DNA from: Hyalangium minutum
Lineage (GTDB): Bacteria > Myxococcota > Myxococcia > Myxococcales > Myxococcaceae
Length of the DNA stretch: 64,000 bases
Direction of reading: 5' to 3'
NCBI RefSeq assembly: GCF_000737315.1
Contig: NZ_JMCB01000003.1
Coordinates: forward strand, 25,394-89,393
Both the position numbers and the translations under genes were made by a program. Positions 11,267-19,412 of the stretch are shown here, piece by piece (positions within the stretch are counted from its first letter, which is position 1; every line of letters begins with the position of its first letter). Below the pieces are notes generated by a model. That model had not been told where the DNA came from, ran no database searches, and saw only the letters and a program-made list of their open reading frames with translations.

Positions 11267-12736
11267 TCAGGGTTCTCCGGACGTGGGTGAACGTGGCGCA
11301 TCGAACGTCGCGCGGATGCACTTGCCGTCGTACTCGTAAGCACCCGCACCGCAGGGCGGGTCCTTCTTCGAGATGAACCAGCAGGCCCCCAGGGCCTCGA
11401 GTTCATAGTCAGTATCGCAGGGCGGCTTCTTCTGCCCCGGCTGCGGAGCTTTGGGCATCGGAAGCCCCACCACGGAAGTCGCAGAAAGCACTGGAGGCGC
11501 TTGCACCACCGACAAGAGGGCCTCCTCCCCCACGCCCGCGTCCGGTGCATCCATCGGCGGCACGTGATGCTCCTCCGTAATGGGAAGAGGCACAGGCTCC
11601 GGTGAGTTTCCGCCATGCCGGAACTCCGTCACTGCGAACACCAAGAGCCCGCCTGCCACGCTCGCAGTGGCCCATGAGAGCCAGAGCGGAAAGGTGTTGC
11701 GGAGGGCAGGGCGTTCGCGCTCCGTCGAGGGCCGTGCACTGCCCCTCTTTCTGGAGTGATTCGAAGGCGTGAGCTTGCGAGGAACCTCGTGCTCCGTGGG
11801 GACGGCTGCCGAAGTCTGGACAATGAGGGCATCCACCCGCCGGTCTGTTTGGTTTGCGGCCCGTTCCAGCGCCCGGACGATCTGCGCAGTGGTGCCGCGG
11901 TCCCGCGGATCCTCCGCCAGCAGGCGGAGAATGGTGCCCTCCAACTCCGGCGCGACTGCCGCGAACTCGCTGGGGCGCAGCAGCTTGCGTGGCTCCTCGG
12001 CGCGAGTCTCGGAGACAGGAGGAGGATAGCTTCCGGTCACCAGCCGGTACGCCGTCACCCCCAAGGCATACAGGTCATCTGAAGGGCGCGCTTCCCACCG
12101 GGCCTCGAGATCCTTGCGGTACTTCCACATGAAGCGCAGCAGTTCAGGCGCGCGGTAGGGCGTGGTGCCCGGCGGCACGAGGGTGTCGGTGAGGGCCCGA
12201 GCCTCCGGGAACCACGCTGCGCCGAAGTCAAGCAGCACCGCCCGCCCCTCTGGGGTGACGCGGATGTTGTCGCCTTTGACATCCCGGTGGATCACCCCTC
12301 GGGCATGCAGGGCCTCCAGGGCGCGGGCCACCGGCGCCAGCACCCGCAGCACCTCCCGGTTGGAGCGCGGCTTCTGGCGGAACCACTCGTAGAGGGTGGT
12401 GCCATCCACCCACTCCATCACGATAAACGGGTAGCTATGGCCATCCGGTGAGGTCCAGCTCCCGAGCTCGTAGAAGCGCGGAACACTGGGGTGCTGAATC
12501 AGCTGGAGGATGTGCGCCTCTCGCTCGAAGCGCGGGTCGTCTGCCTGTTTGGCCACCTTCAGGGCCACGGGAGGAGCCGAGGGATCATCGGCTCGCCGGG
12601 CCCGGAACACCACGCCATAGCTCCCGGAGTCGACGCGCTGCAGGAGGAGCCACGGGCCCAGGGTCGAACCCGCCGCCAGCACCTGGGACTTCACGAGGCC
12701 CACCACGTCATCACTCAAGAGAACTCCTCCAGCCAA
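11267..12736 (-). CDS. Ser/Thr protein kinase (TM segment and Cys-containing C-terminal domain)
   Basis: 'GSYGVVFRA', 'HRDVKGDNI', 'DFGAAW' and 'GTTPYRAPE' are present. A TM segment 'WLSWATASVAGGLLVFAV' and a C-terminal CxxC region follow. Confidence 0.8.
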   Translation of the reverse strand: MAGGVLLSDDVVGLVKSQVLAAGSTLGPWLLLQRVDSGSYGVVFRARRADDPSAPPVALKVAKQADDPRFEREAHILQLIQHPSVPRFYELGSWTSPDGHSYPFIVMEWVDGTTLYEWFRQKPRSNREVLRVLAPVARALEALHARGVIHRDVKGDNIRVTPEGRAVLLDFGAAWFPEARALTDTLVPPGTTPYRAPELLRFMWKYRKDLEARWEARPSDDLYALGVTAYRLVTGSYPPPVSETRAEEPRKLLRPSEFAAVAPELEGTILRLLAEDPRDRGTTAQIVRALERAANQTDRRVDALIVQTSAAVPTEHEVPRKLTPSNHSRKRGSARPSTERERPALRNTFPLWLSWATASVAGGLLVFAVTEFRHGGNSPEPVPLPITEEHHVPPMDAPDAGVGEEALLSVVQAPPVLSATSVVGLPMPKAPQPGQKKPPCDTDYELEALGACWFISKKDPPCGAGAYEYDGKCIRATFDAPRSPTSGEP

Positions 12737-12873
12737 GGCAGAGCGCCGGAAGGAAACCTACCGCATGGGTCTTATGACATAAACCCACTCTGTTGGGTTG
12801 AGGCAGGAGGAGGACTCCGTCGGTCCTTCACTCCGGTGAAGGCGCCTCGCAGGGCTGGTAGGCTGGGGCCGAC

Positions 12874-13230
12874 ATGTCCACGGACTCCGCCACCCAGCCT
12901 GCCGAGCTCACCCCCCGCCAGACGTTCGCCGGCGTCGTTCAACACTCCGCCAGCTTCGTGGCCATCATCGGCATCAGCGTGCTCTTCCTCCCGTGGTTCT
13001 CGGGAGTCTGGGCCCTCGGCGCGAGGATCGGCTTCTGGGGGTCGGTGGCCCTCACCGTGCTCGAATGCATCCACGTCGGCGTGTCAGCCCTCGCGACCGT
13101 TACGCTCAACGCCGCCGGCAAGCCGCGGCCGGGCGAGAGATGGATGGTGGCCTCCAACGCCGTGCAGATCGCAGGAGCGGCCGCAGGCATCGCCCTGGTC
13201 CTCTTCCTGCGCTCCAAGCTCTGGAGCTGA
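12874..13230 (+). CDS. Small hypothetical membrane protein
   Basis: Three hydrophobic segments. No motif. Confidence 0.4.
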   Translation: MSTDSATQPAELTPRQTFAGVVQHSASFVAIIGISVLFLPWFSGVWALGARIGFWGSVALTVLECIHVGVSALATVTLNAAGKPRPGERWMVASNAVQIAGAAAGIALVLFLRSKLWS

Positions 13231-13238
13231 GAGCGCCC

Positions 13239-13535
13239 TCAACCCGTTTTGCGATGAGAGGCGCTCCGCAGGGGAGGGGACTCCGCCGCCGCCCGGGGCT
13301 CTGGCGGCTCCCGGCGCACCGGGGGCTGAGGCTCCGGCGCCGCCACCACCGACAGCGCCGGTTCCTGCGGCGGGTGGAGGAAGAAGCGCACCACGCGATC
13401 GAGGTACTCCTCGACGGAGAGCCCTAGCTTCTTGGCGAGCTCGACGGTGTTGCCATCCACGAGCACTTTGCGCGACGGCGTCCCGGGTTTCGGGGCGGCC
13501 TGCGGAGCTTGAGGCTTCTGGGATTGCATGGGCAT
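13239..13535 (-). CDS. Small hypothetical protein with a Pro-rich tail
   Basis: 'VLVDGNTVELAKKLGLSVEEYLDRVV' looks protein-like. Its position is operonic, downstream of the cheB-like genes. Confidence 0.4.
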   Translation of the reverse strand: MPMQSQKPQAPQAAPKPGTPSRKVLVDGNTVELAKKLGLSVEEYLDRVVRFFLHPPQEPALSVVAAPEPQPPVRREPPEPRAAAESPPLRSASHRKTG

Positions 13536-13627
13536 TCCTCTGTCAGGTGATTGACATAGGAATGCAGCAAGCCATGAAGATGGGCTGTACTACTTTCGGG
13601 GTACGACTCTGCGGCCGCCTGCTCCTT

Positions 13628-14677
13628 TCAGCTTCGATGCACGGGCAGCGTAGGAGGTATCGCCCCCGAGAGCGCTCGCATCGCCGAGGCCAGGGCTTCC
13701 ACCGTGACCGTGGACTCCGCGGCGCCCAGGCGCAGCGCCGCCTGGGGCATGTGAGGGGCGACGCAGCTCTCCGGGGGCTGCACGAACGTGAGCCCGCCCG
13801 CCCGGCGGATGGCCAGCAGCCCCGCCGCTCCATCCGAGCCCGTGCCCGTCAGCACCGCCCCCGCCGCCCGGTTGCCATGCGCCCGCGCCAGCGAGGTCAG
13901 CAGTGCGTCTCCCATCGCCAACTGCCGCCCGTGGATCAGCTCCACCTGCAGCTCCCCCGTCGGGAGCACCTGCAGCTGGTGCCCGTCCGGTGGCAGGTAG
14001 ACGTGGCCCGCCTCGGGCTTCGTGCCCGTGCGCGCCACTTGCAGCTCCAGCGCCGAAGCCGCGCTCAGCCACTGGCGCAGCCCCGAGGTGAAGCCCACCG
14101 ACACGTGCTGGGCGATGAAGAGCGGGTAGGGGAGGCTCGGCGGCAGCAGGGACAGCAACATCGCCAGCGCCGGAGGCCCTCCCGTGGAGGCCACCAGCCC
14201 AAAGCCGTGCACCCGCCCGCTGCGCAGCACCGGCGGCGGTGTGGGGTGGCTCAGCCGCGGCTTGCGGCTCCCCAAGGGAACCTCCGCCATGGTCCGGATC
14301 GTGTGGATCAACTGCTGGCCGAAGCTCGTCAGGCCCTCCCGGCCCGGCGTGGGCTTGGGCATCACCTCCAGGGCTCCGGCCTGCAGCGCCTTGAAGGACA
14401 GCTCCGCGTCCACCGCCCCGGAGATGACGAGGATGCGGCTGGGCGACTCGGCCATGATGCGCTCGGTGGCGTTGATGCCATCCATCCGCGGCATCCGGAC
14501 ATCCAGCGTGACGACGTCTGGGCGGAGCGCCTGCGCCATCGCCACGGCTTCCTTCCCATCGTTCGCGGTGCCCACCACTCGGATGTCCGGGGCCGCCGCC
14601 AGCAGTCCGGTGAACATCCGCAGGATCGTGGGCGAGTCGTCCGCGATGAGAACCTGGACTGGCCTATTCATGAGCAC
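13628..14677 (-). CDS. CheB-like protein-glutamate methylesterase/deamidase response regulator (paralog 1)
   Basis: Receiver domain 'LIADDSP...LDVRMPRMDG...EVMPKP'. Methylesterase motifs 'ASTGGP', 'AQHVSVGFT' and 'GTGSDG' are present, so the Ser/His/Asp triad is intact. Confidence 0.85.
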   Translation of the reverse strand: MLMNRPVQVLIADDSPTILRMFTGLLAAAPDIRVVGTANDGKEAVAMAQALRPDVVTLDVRMPRMDGINATERIMAESPSRILVISGAVDAELSFKALQAGALEVMPKPTPGREGLTSFGQQLIHTIRTMAEVPLGSRKPRLSHPTPPPVLRSGRVHGFGLVASTGGPPALAMLLSLLPPSLPYPLFIAQHVSVGFTSGLRQWLSAASALELQVARTGTKPEAGHVYLPPDGHQLQVLPTGELQVELIHGRQLAMGDALLTSLARAHGNRAAGAVLTGTGSDGAAGLLAIRRAGGLTFVQPPESCVAPHMPQAALRLGAAESTVTVEALASAMRALSGAIPPTLPVHRS

Positions 14678-14841
14678 CTCGGAGGGCCGTCGAGAGCGCT
14701 GCGGAGGGTGAATGAATAGCCTGGATCCACATGGGCGTCCCCCCTACCCAAGTAGAACGATGATCAGGGTCTGGCCGTCGTGACTTCCGTGGCGAAGTGT
14801 GAACCGACCACCACTTGAGCGAGGGCACCTGCCGCCGTGTT

Positions 14842-15894
14842 TCAGTTCCGAACCGCCGGAGTCACGGGCGCCGCGCCCGTGAACGAGCGCATGGCCGCGG
14901 CCAGGGCTTCGAGCGACAGCATCTGATCCGTGGCGCCGCTGCGCAGCGCGGCCTCGGGCATTCCCGGGACGACACAGCTCTCGGGGCTCTGCGCGAAGGT
15001 CCTCCCGCCCGCCTTGCGGATGGCCAGCAGCCCTGCCGCCCCATCCGAGCCCATGCCCGTGAGCACTGCCCCCGCCGCCCGGTCCCCATAGGCCAACGCC
15101 AGCGAGGACAACAGCGTGTCTCCGAGTGAGGCCTTGCCAACGGGGATCGGCTCGACCTGCAGATCCCCCGCGAGTGTGACTTCGAATTGGTGCCCGTCCG
15201 GCGGCAGGTACACGTAGCCGGGCTGAGGCCGCACGCCCGTCTGCGCCACCTCGAGCTGCAGCGAGGACGCCGCGCCCAGCCACTGGCACAGGCCCGCGGT
15301 GAAGCCCACCGACACGTGCTGGGCAATGAAGATCGGATACGGCAGCTGCGGAGGCAGCAGCGACAGCAGGTGGCAGAGCGCCGGAGGTCCTCCCGTGGAG
15401 GCCACCAGCCCAAACCCTGTCACCCGCCCGCCCTGGGGCGCGGGGGCCACCGGGCTCGGAGCCTGCGCGGGGGCCAGCGCCACCTGCCGCTGGCTCACCG
15501 GCAGCTCGGCCATGGTCCGGATGATGTGGATCAGCTTCACCCCGAAGTTGGCCAGCCCTTCCAGGTTGGGGCGCGGCTTGGGCATGACCTCCAGCGCCCC
15601 GGCCTGCAGCGCCTTGAAGGACATCTCCGCATCCACCGCCCCCGAGATGACGAGGATGCGGCTGGGGGCCTCGGTCATGATGCGCGAGCTGGCCTCGATG
15701 CCATCCATCCGCGGCATCCGCACGTCCAGGGTGATGACGTCCGGCTGCAGCGTGCGTGCCAGCTCCAGGGCCTCGGCCCCATCCTTCGCCGTGCCCACCA
15801 CTTGGATGTCGGCCGCTGACGACAGCAGCGCCGCGTACATCTTCAACATGGTGGGCGAGTCGTCAGCGATGAGGACCCGGATGGTGGAGCTCAT
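14842..15894 (-). CDS. CheB-like methylesterase response regulator (paralog 2)
   Basis: Receiver domain plus 'ASTGGP', 'AQHVSVGFT' and 'GMGSDG'. Confidence 0.85.
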   Translation of the reverse strand: MSSTIRVLIADDSPTMLKMYAALLSSAADIQVVGTAKDGAEALELARTLQPDVITLDVRMPRMDGIEASSRIMTEAPSRILVISGAVDAEMSFKALQAGALEVMPKPRPNLEGLANFGVKLIHIIRTMAELPVSQRQVALAPAQAPSPVAPAPQGGRVTGFGLVASTGGPPALCHLLSLLPPQLPYPIFIAQHVSVGFTAGLCQWLGAASSLQLEVAQTGVRPQPGYVYLPPDGHQFEVTLAGDLQVEPIPVGKASLGDTLLSSLALAYGDRAAGAVLTGMGSDGAAGLLAIRKAGGRTFAQSPESCVVPGMPEAALRSGATDQMLSLEALAAAMRSFTGAAPVTPAVRN

Positions 15895-15971
15895 GTGTGC
15901 ACCTCGGAGGCAGGGGCGAGACTGCCCCAGAAACCGGATTCACGCCATGCACAGGTGAGCCCCGAAGCCCG

Positions 15972-16997
15972 TCAAGCGCCCGAGGACGACATTCCCTCCA
16001 GCTGGCGGATGATGGTGGCCAGCGCCTCTGGGGACACCTTCGTCTCCGTGGACTTGTTGCGCAGCGCGGCCTCCGGCATCGACGGCACCAGGCACGTCTC
16101 CGGATCCTGGGCGAAGGTGAGCCCGCCCGCGCGCTTGATGGCCATCAGGCCCACCGCGCCCTCCTCGCCCATGCCGCTGAGCACCGCGCCCGCGGCGTGC
16201 TGGCCATAGGCTCGGGACAGGGACGCCAGCAGCAGATCCCCCGAGGGGAACGTGGTGCCCGAGGCCTTCTCGATGACGATCTCGCCCTGGAGCCCCACGC
16301 GCAGGTGGTGGCCATCCGGGGCCAGGTACACGGTGCCCGGCCGAGGCTGCTCCGAGGCGCGAGCAATCTCCACCGGCAGCGGAGACAGCGAGGACAGCCA
16401 GCGGTGCAGGCCCACGGTGAAGCCCGGGGTGATGTGCTGAGCGATGAAGACGGGGTAGGGCAGGCTGCGCGGCAGCAGCCACAGCAGCGAGGCCAGCGCC
16501 GTGGGCCCGCCGATGGACGAGAACAGCCCAAAGCCACCGATGCGCCGGCCCGCGGGCAGCGGCGGCGGGTTGGCGTGGCCCTCACGGCGCTTGGTCACCA
16601 GCGGCACCTCCGCCAGCAACCGGATGGCCGACAGCAGGCGTACACCAAAGCGCGCCACATCCTCGGGAGAGCCCTGCGGCTTGGCGATCACCTCCAGCGC
16701 TCCGGCCTGGAGCGCGCGGAAGGACAGATCCGTGTCCGGGGCGCCGGACACCATGAGGATGCGGCAGGGCGTCTCGGCCATGATGCGCTCGGTGGCGCCC
16801 AGGCCATCCATGCCCGGCATCTGCACGTCCAGGGTGATGACGTCCGGCTTGAGGGAGCGCGCCAGGGCCACGGCCTCCTCGCCGTCGCGCGCAGTCCCCA
16901 CCACGGTCACGTCGGGCTGTGCCGACAGCAGCCGGGTGAGGACCTGGAGCATGGTGGGGGAATCGTCGGTGAGGAGGACTTGGATGGGCTTGCTCAT
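15972..16997 (-). CDS. CheB-like methylesterase response regulator (paralog 3, with the catalytic Asp position replaced by Glu)
   Basis: Receiver domain plus 'FSSIGGP' and 'AQHITPGFT'. The triad Asp motif reads 'GMGEEG' instead of the usual 'GMGxDG'. Confidence 0.8.
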   Translation of the reverse strand: MSKPIQVLLTDDSPTMLQVLTRLLSAQPDVTVVGTARDGEEAVALARSLKPDVITLDVQMPGMDGLGATERIMAETPCRILMVSGAPDTDLSFRALQAGALEVIAKPQGSPEDVARFGVRLLSAIRLLAEVPLVTKRREGHANPPPLPAGRRIGGFGLFSSIGGPTALASLLWLLPRSLPYPVFIAQHITPGFTVGLHRWLSSLSPLPVEIARASEQPRPGTVYLAPDGHHLRVGLQGEIVIEKASGTTFPSGDLLLASLSRAYGQHAAGAVLSGMGEEGAVGLMAIKRAGGLTFAQDPETCLVPSMPEAALRNKSTETKVSPEALATIIRQLEGMSSSGA

Positions 16998-17090
16998 GCG
17001 GTTCTCCGGAACTCTTTTCGGGGGAGGAATCTACCCCATGGGTGGGGTCCTCGCCTACGACCTACCATGTAACAGTGTAACCAACATGTA

Positions 17091-19304
17091 TCACCCGGCC
17101 TTGCGTTTCTTTTCACGCCGGGGACTGGCCTCAGGGGAAGGTGGCGAAGGGGGCAGGGCCGGCCGAGTCGAGGGGAAGGGCGTACCATCCGTGGGGCCGG
17201 TTTCTACCCCCGGTACTTCCGCCGGGAGAGCGGGCAGGCGGATGACGAAGGTGCACCCCTCGCCGGGTTTGCTGTGCACGGCGATGCTCCCCCCGTGATT
17301 CTTGACGATGCGCTGGCAGATGGCCAGCCCCAACCCTGTACCCTTTTCCTTCGTGGTGAAGAAGGGCACGAAGATGTGCTGTTGCTGGTCCAACGGAATC
17401 CCTGGCCCGGTGTCCGAGACGTGAACCTCGACGAACTCGTTGACGGTGCCGCCGCGGAAGTCTCCGAAGCGGTCCTGCTTCACGGTGCCCACGGTGATGC
17501 GCCCGCCCGGAGTCCCAATGGCCTGCACCGCGTTCTGGACCAGGTTGATGAGCACCTGCTTGAGCTGCTCTGCATCTCCGTCCACGCGCGGCGCCGTGAG
17601 GTCCAACTGGACGGCCAGCTCGATCTGCTTGGGCACATCGTTCTGGATGAGGCGCATGGTGCGGGTCACCACCTCATTGAGGTCCGTCTGGCCAAAGTTT
17701 TGCTTCAGCGGCCGAGCGTAGTCCAGGAACGCCGTCACCACGCCATTGAGGCGGTTGACCTCTTCGACGATGACGCCCAGGAACTCGCCGTCCTCGCCCG
17801 GGAGCCGCTTCGGATCCAGGCACTGCGCCGCGCCCTTGATCGCCCCCAGGGGGTTGCGGATCTCGTGCGCCAGGCCCGCCGCCATCTCGCCCAGGGCCGC
17901 CAGGCGGTCGCGCTCGCGGATCTTTTCATACAGCTTGGAGTTCTCCAGCACCGTTGCCAGGCGCTCGGCCACCGTGAGGATGAGGGCGATCTCGTCCGAG
18001 GCGTAGGCCTCCGGCACGCGCTCGTCCCACAGGTTCAGGAAGCCGATCACCCGATCGTTGCCCACCAGCGGCACGGAGATGCCGGACTTCATCTGCAGCA
18101 GCGCGGCGCGCGTGTCCTGCAGGCGCTTGAGCTCGTCCCGGAAGCGCTTGCCCTCGGCCGCGTGCATTCGCAGCGCCGCCAGCCGCGTGTCCACGTTCTC
18201 CAGCAGCACCGCCTTCTGCCCCGAGGCCGCCGCCAGCAGCAGGCCGCGCGCCGCCGCCGTGTCCAGGAAGCCCTCGGGCGGAGGGCCGCGTGAGTCCAGC
18301 AGCCGGTAGCCCGGACGATCCTCCGCCATCATGTACACGGAGGTATGGGTGACGCGGCCCGTCTCGTGGAGCGCGTCCAGCACCATCCGCGTCACCTCGG
18401 AGATGTCGATCACCGTGGCCATGCGCGCCCGGAGGTTCCCGAGCACTCGCAGCAACTCGAAGCGCTCGCGGAAGAAGATGGCCACCACCTGCTCGTCCAC
18501 CTTCACGCGCAGGGGCTCCATCAGGATGATGGTGACGAAGGCGGCCACCACCGTGTTGAAGACGAAGAGGCTCGCGTTCTCCTTCACCCACACGGTCAAC
18601 ACCGTGAAGACGGCGGCCAGGATGAAGGCCAGCACCGTCTGCGAGGCGATCTTCCCCAGCAGCTCGTGCAGGTCCATCAGCCGCAGCCGCAGCAGCGTCT
18701 GGGAGAGGAAGAACAGGTACATCGTGGAGAAGATGGGCCCCAGCGGCGGCAGGGGAATGTCGTAGCGCCGGCCCACGAGGTCCACGGCCGCGAGGACGAT
18801 GGTGACGCCTGCGCCCAGGGCCAGGTACATCAGCCGCAGCCGCTCGATGCGCGATTGCTGGCTGCGCACCTGGTTGAGCAGCAAGCTCACCGAAGTCAGC
18901 AGGGTACCGAGCACCCAGACGCTCACCGCCACGCGCGCCCAGTTCTGCTGCGCCAGCGGCGTCACCGCCACCGCCAGCCCGAACACGCCTGAGAGCAGGG
19001 CGAGCCGCCGGCCCTGCATATGGGCCTCTTTGCTGACGCCCAGGAACTCCAGGAAGAAAGAGACGGCTGACAGGGGGACAAGCGAGGCGAACAGGATGGT
19101 GGCGCCCACCGCCGTTCTGGACACCCAGCCGGGCTCGGGGAAGATGCCCGCGAAGAACAGCGCCAGGTAGTACCCCGCCACCGTGAGGGCGAAGACGGAA
19201 TACAGTGTCACCACCCGAGGGCGGCCCGGCCGCAAGAGCATGGCGAGCCCGAGCGCCAGGCCGACGAGGGATGCAAGCAGGGCGCTCTGAGTGCGGATGT
19301 CCAT
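17091..19304 (-). CDS. Membrane sensor histidine kinase (about six N-terminal TM helices, GAF, HisKA, HATPase_c)
   Basis: Multiple N-terminal hydrophobic helices. A GAF-like region is followed by 'LAHEIRNPLGAI' (H-box), then 'DTGPGIP' and 'GTGLGL'. Confidence 0.85.
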   Translation of the reverse strand: MDIRTQSALLASLVGLALGLAMLLRPGRPRVVTLYSVFALTVAGYYLALFFAGIFPEPGWVSRTAVGATILFASLVPLSAVSFFLEFLGVSKEAHMQGRRLALLSGVFGLAVAVTPLAQQNWARVAVSVWVLGTLLTSVSLLLNQVRSQQSRIERLRLMYLALGAGVTIVLAAVDLVGRRYDIPLPPLGPIFSTMYLFFLSQTLLRLRLMDLHELLGKIASQTVLAFILAAVFTVLTVWVKENASLFVFNTVVAAFVTIILMEPLRVKVDEQVVAIFFRERFELLRVLGNLRARMATVIDISEVTRMVLDALHETGRVTHTSVYMMAEDRPGYRLLDSRGPPPEGFLDTAAARGLLLAAASGQKAVLLENVDTRLAALRMHAAEGKRFRDELKRLQDTRAALLQMKSGISVPLVGNDRVIGFLNLWDERVPEAYASDEIALILTVAERLATVLENSKLYEKIRERDRLAALGEMAAGLAHEIRNPLGAIKGAAQCLDPKRLPGEDGEFLGVIVEEVNRLNGVVTAFLDYARPLKQNFGQTDLNEVVTRTMRLIQNDVPKQIELAVQLDLTAPRVDGDAEQLKQVLINLVQNAVQAIGTPGGRITVGTVKQDRFGDFRGGTVNEFVEVHVSDTGPGIPLDQQQHIFVPFFTTKEKGTGLGLAICQRIVKNHGGSIAVHSKPGEGCTFVIRLPALPAEVPGVETGPTDGTPFPSTRPALPPSPPSPEASPRREKKRKAG

Positions 19305-19412
19305 GTTCGGGAGAACAGTCTAACCTGTGTCCACGTCCGGAAATTTTTTGAGTGGTCCCAGTTGTCCTCGGGCGTGCCCGAGCACATCCACCAGGGCTCA
19401 GTGTCCGCCCCC

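Noticed and set aside
12491-17072. Long plus-strand ORFs (742 aa, 391 aa and others) across the cheB-like region
   Set aside because: They are antisense to three well-supported CheB-like genes. Their products are Arg/Gly-rich and lack domains.
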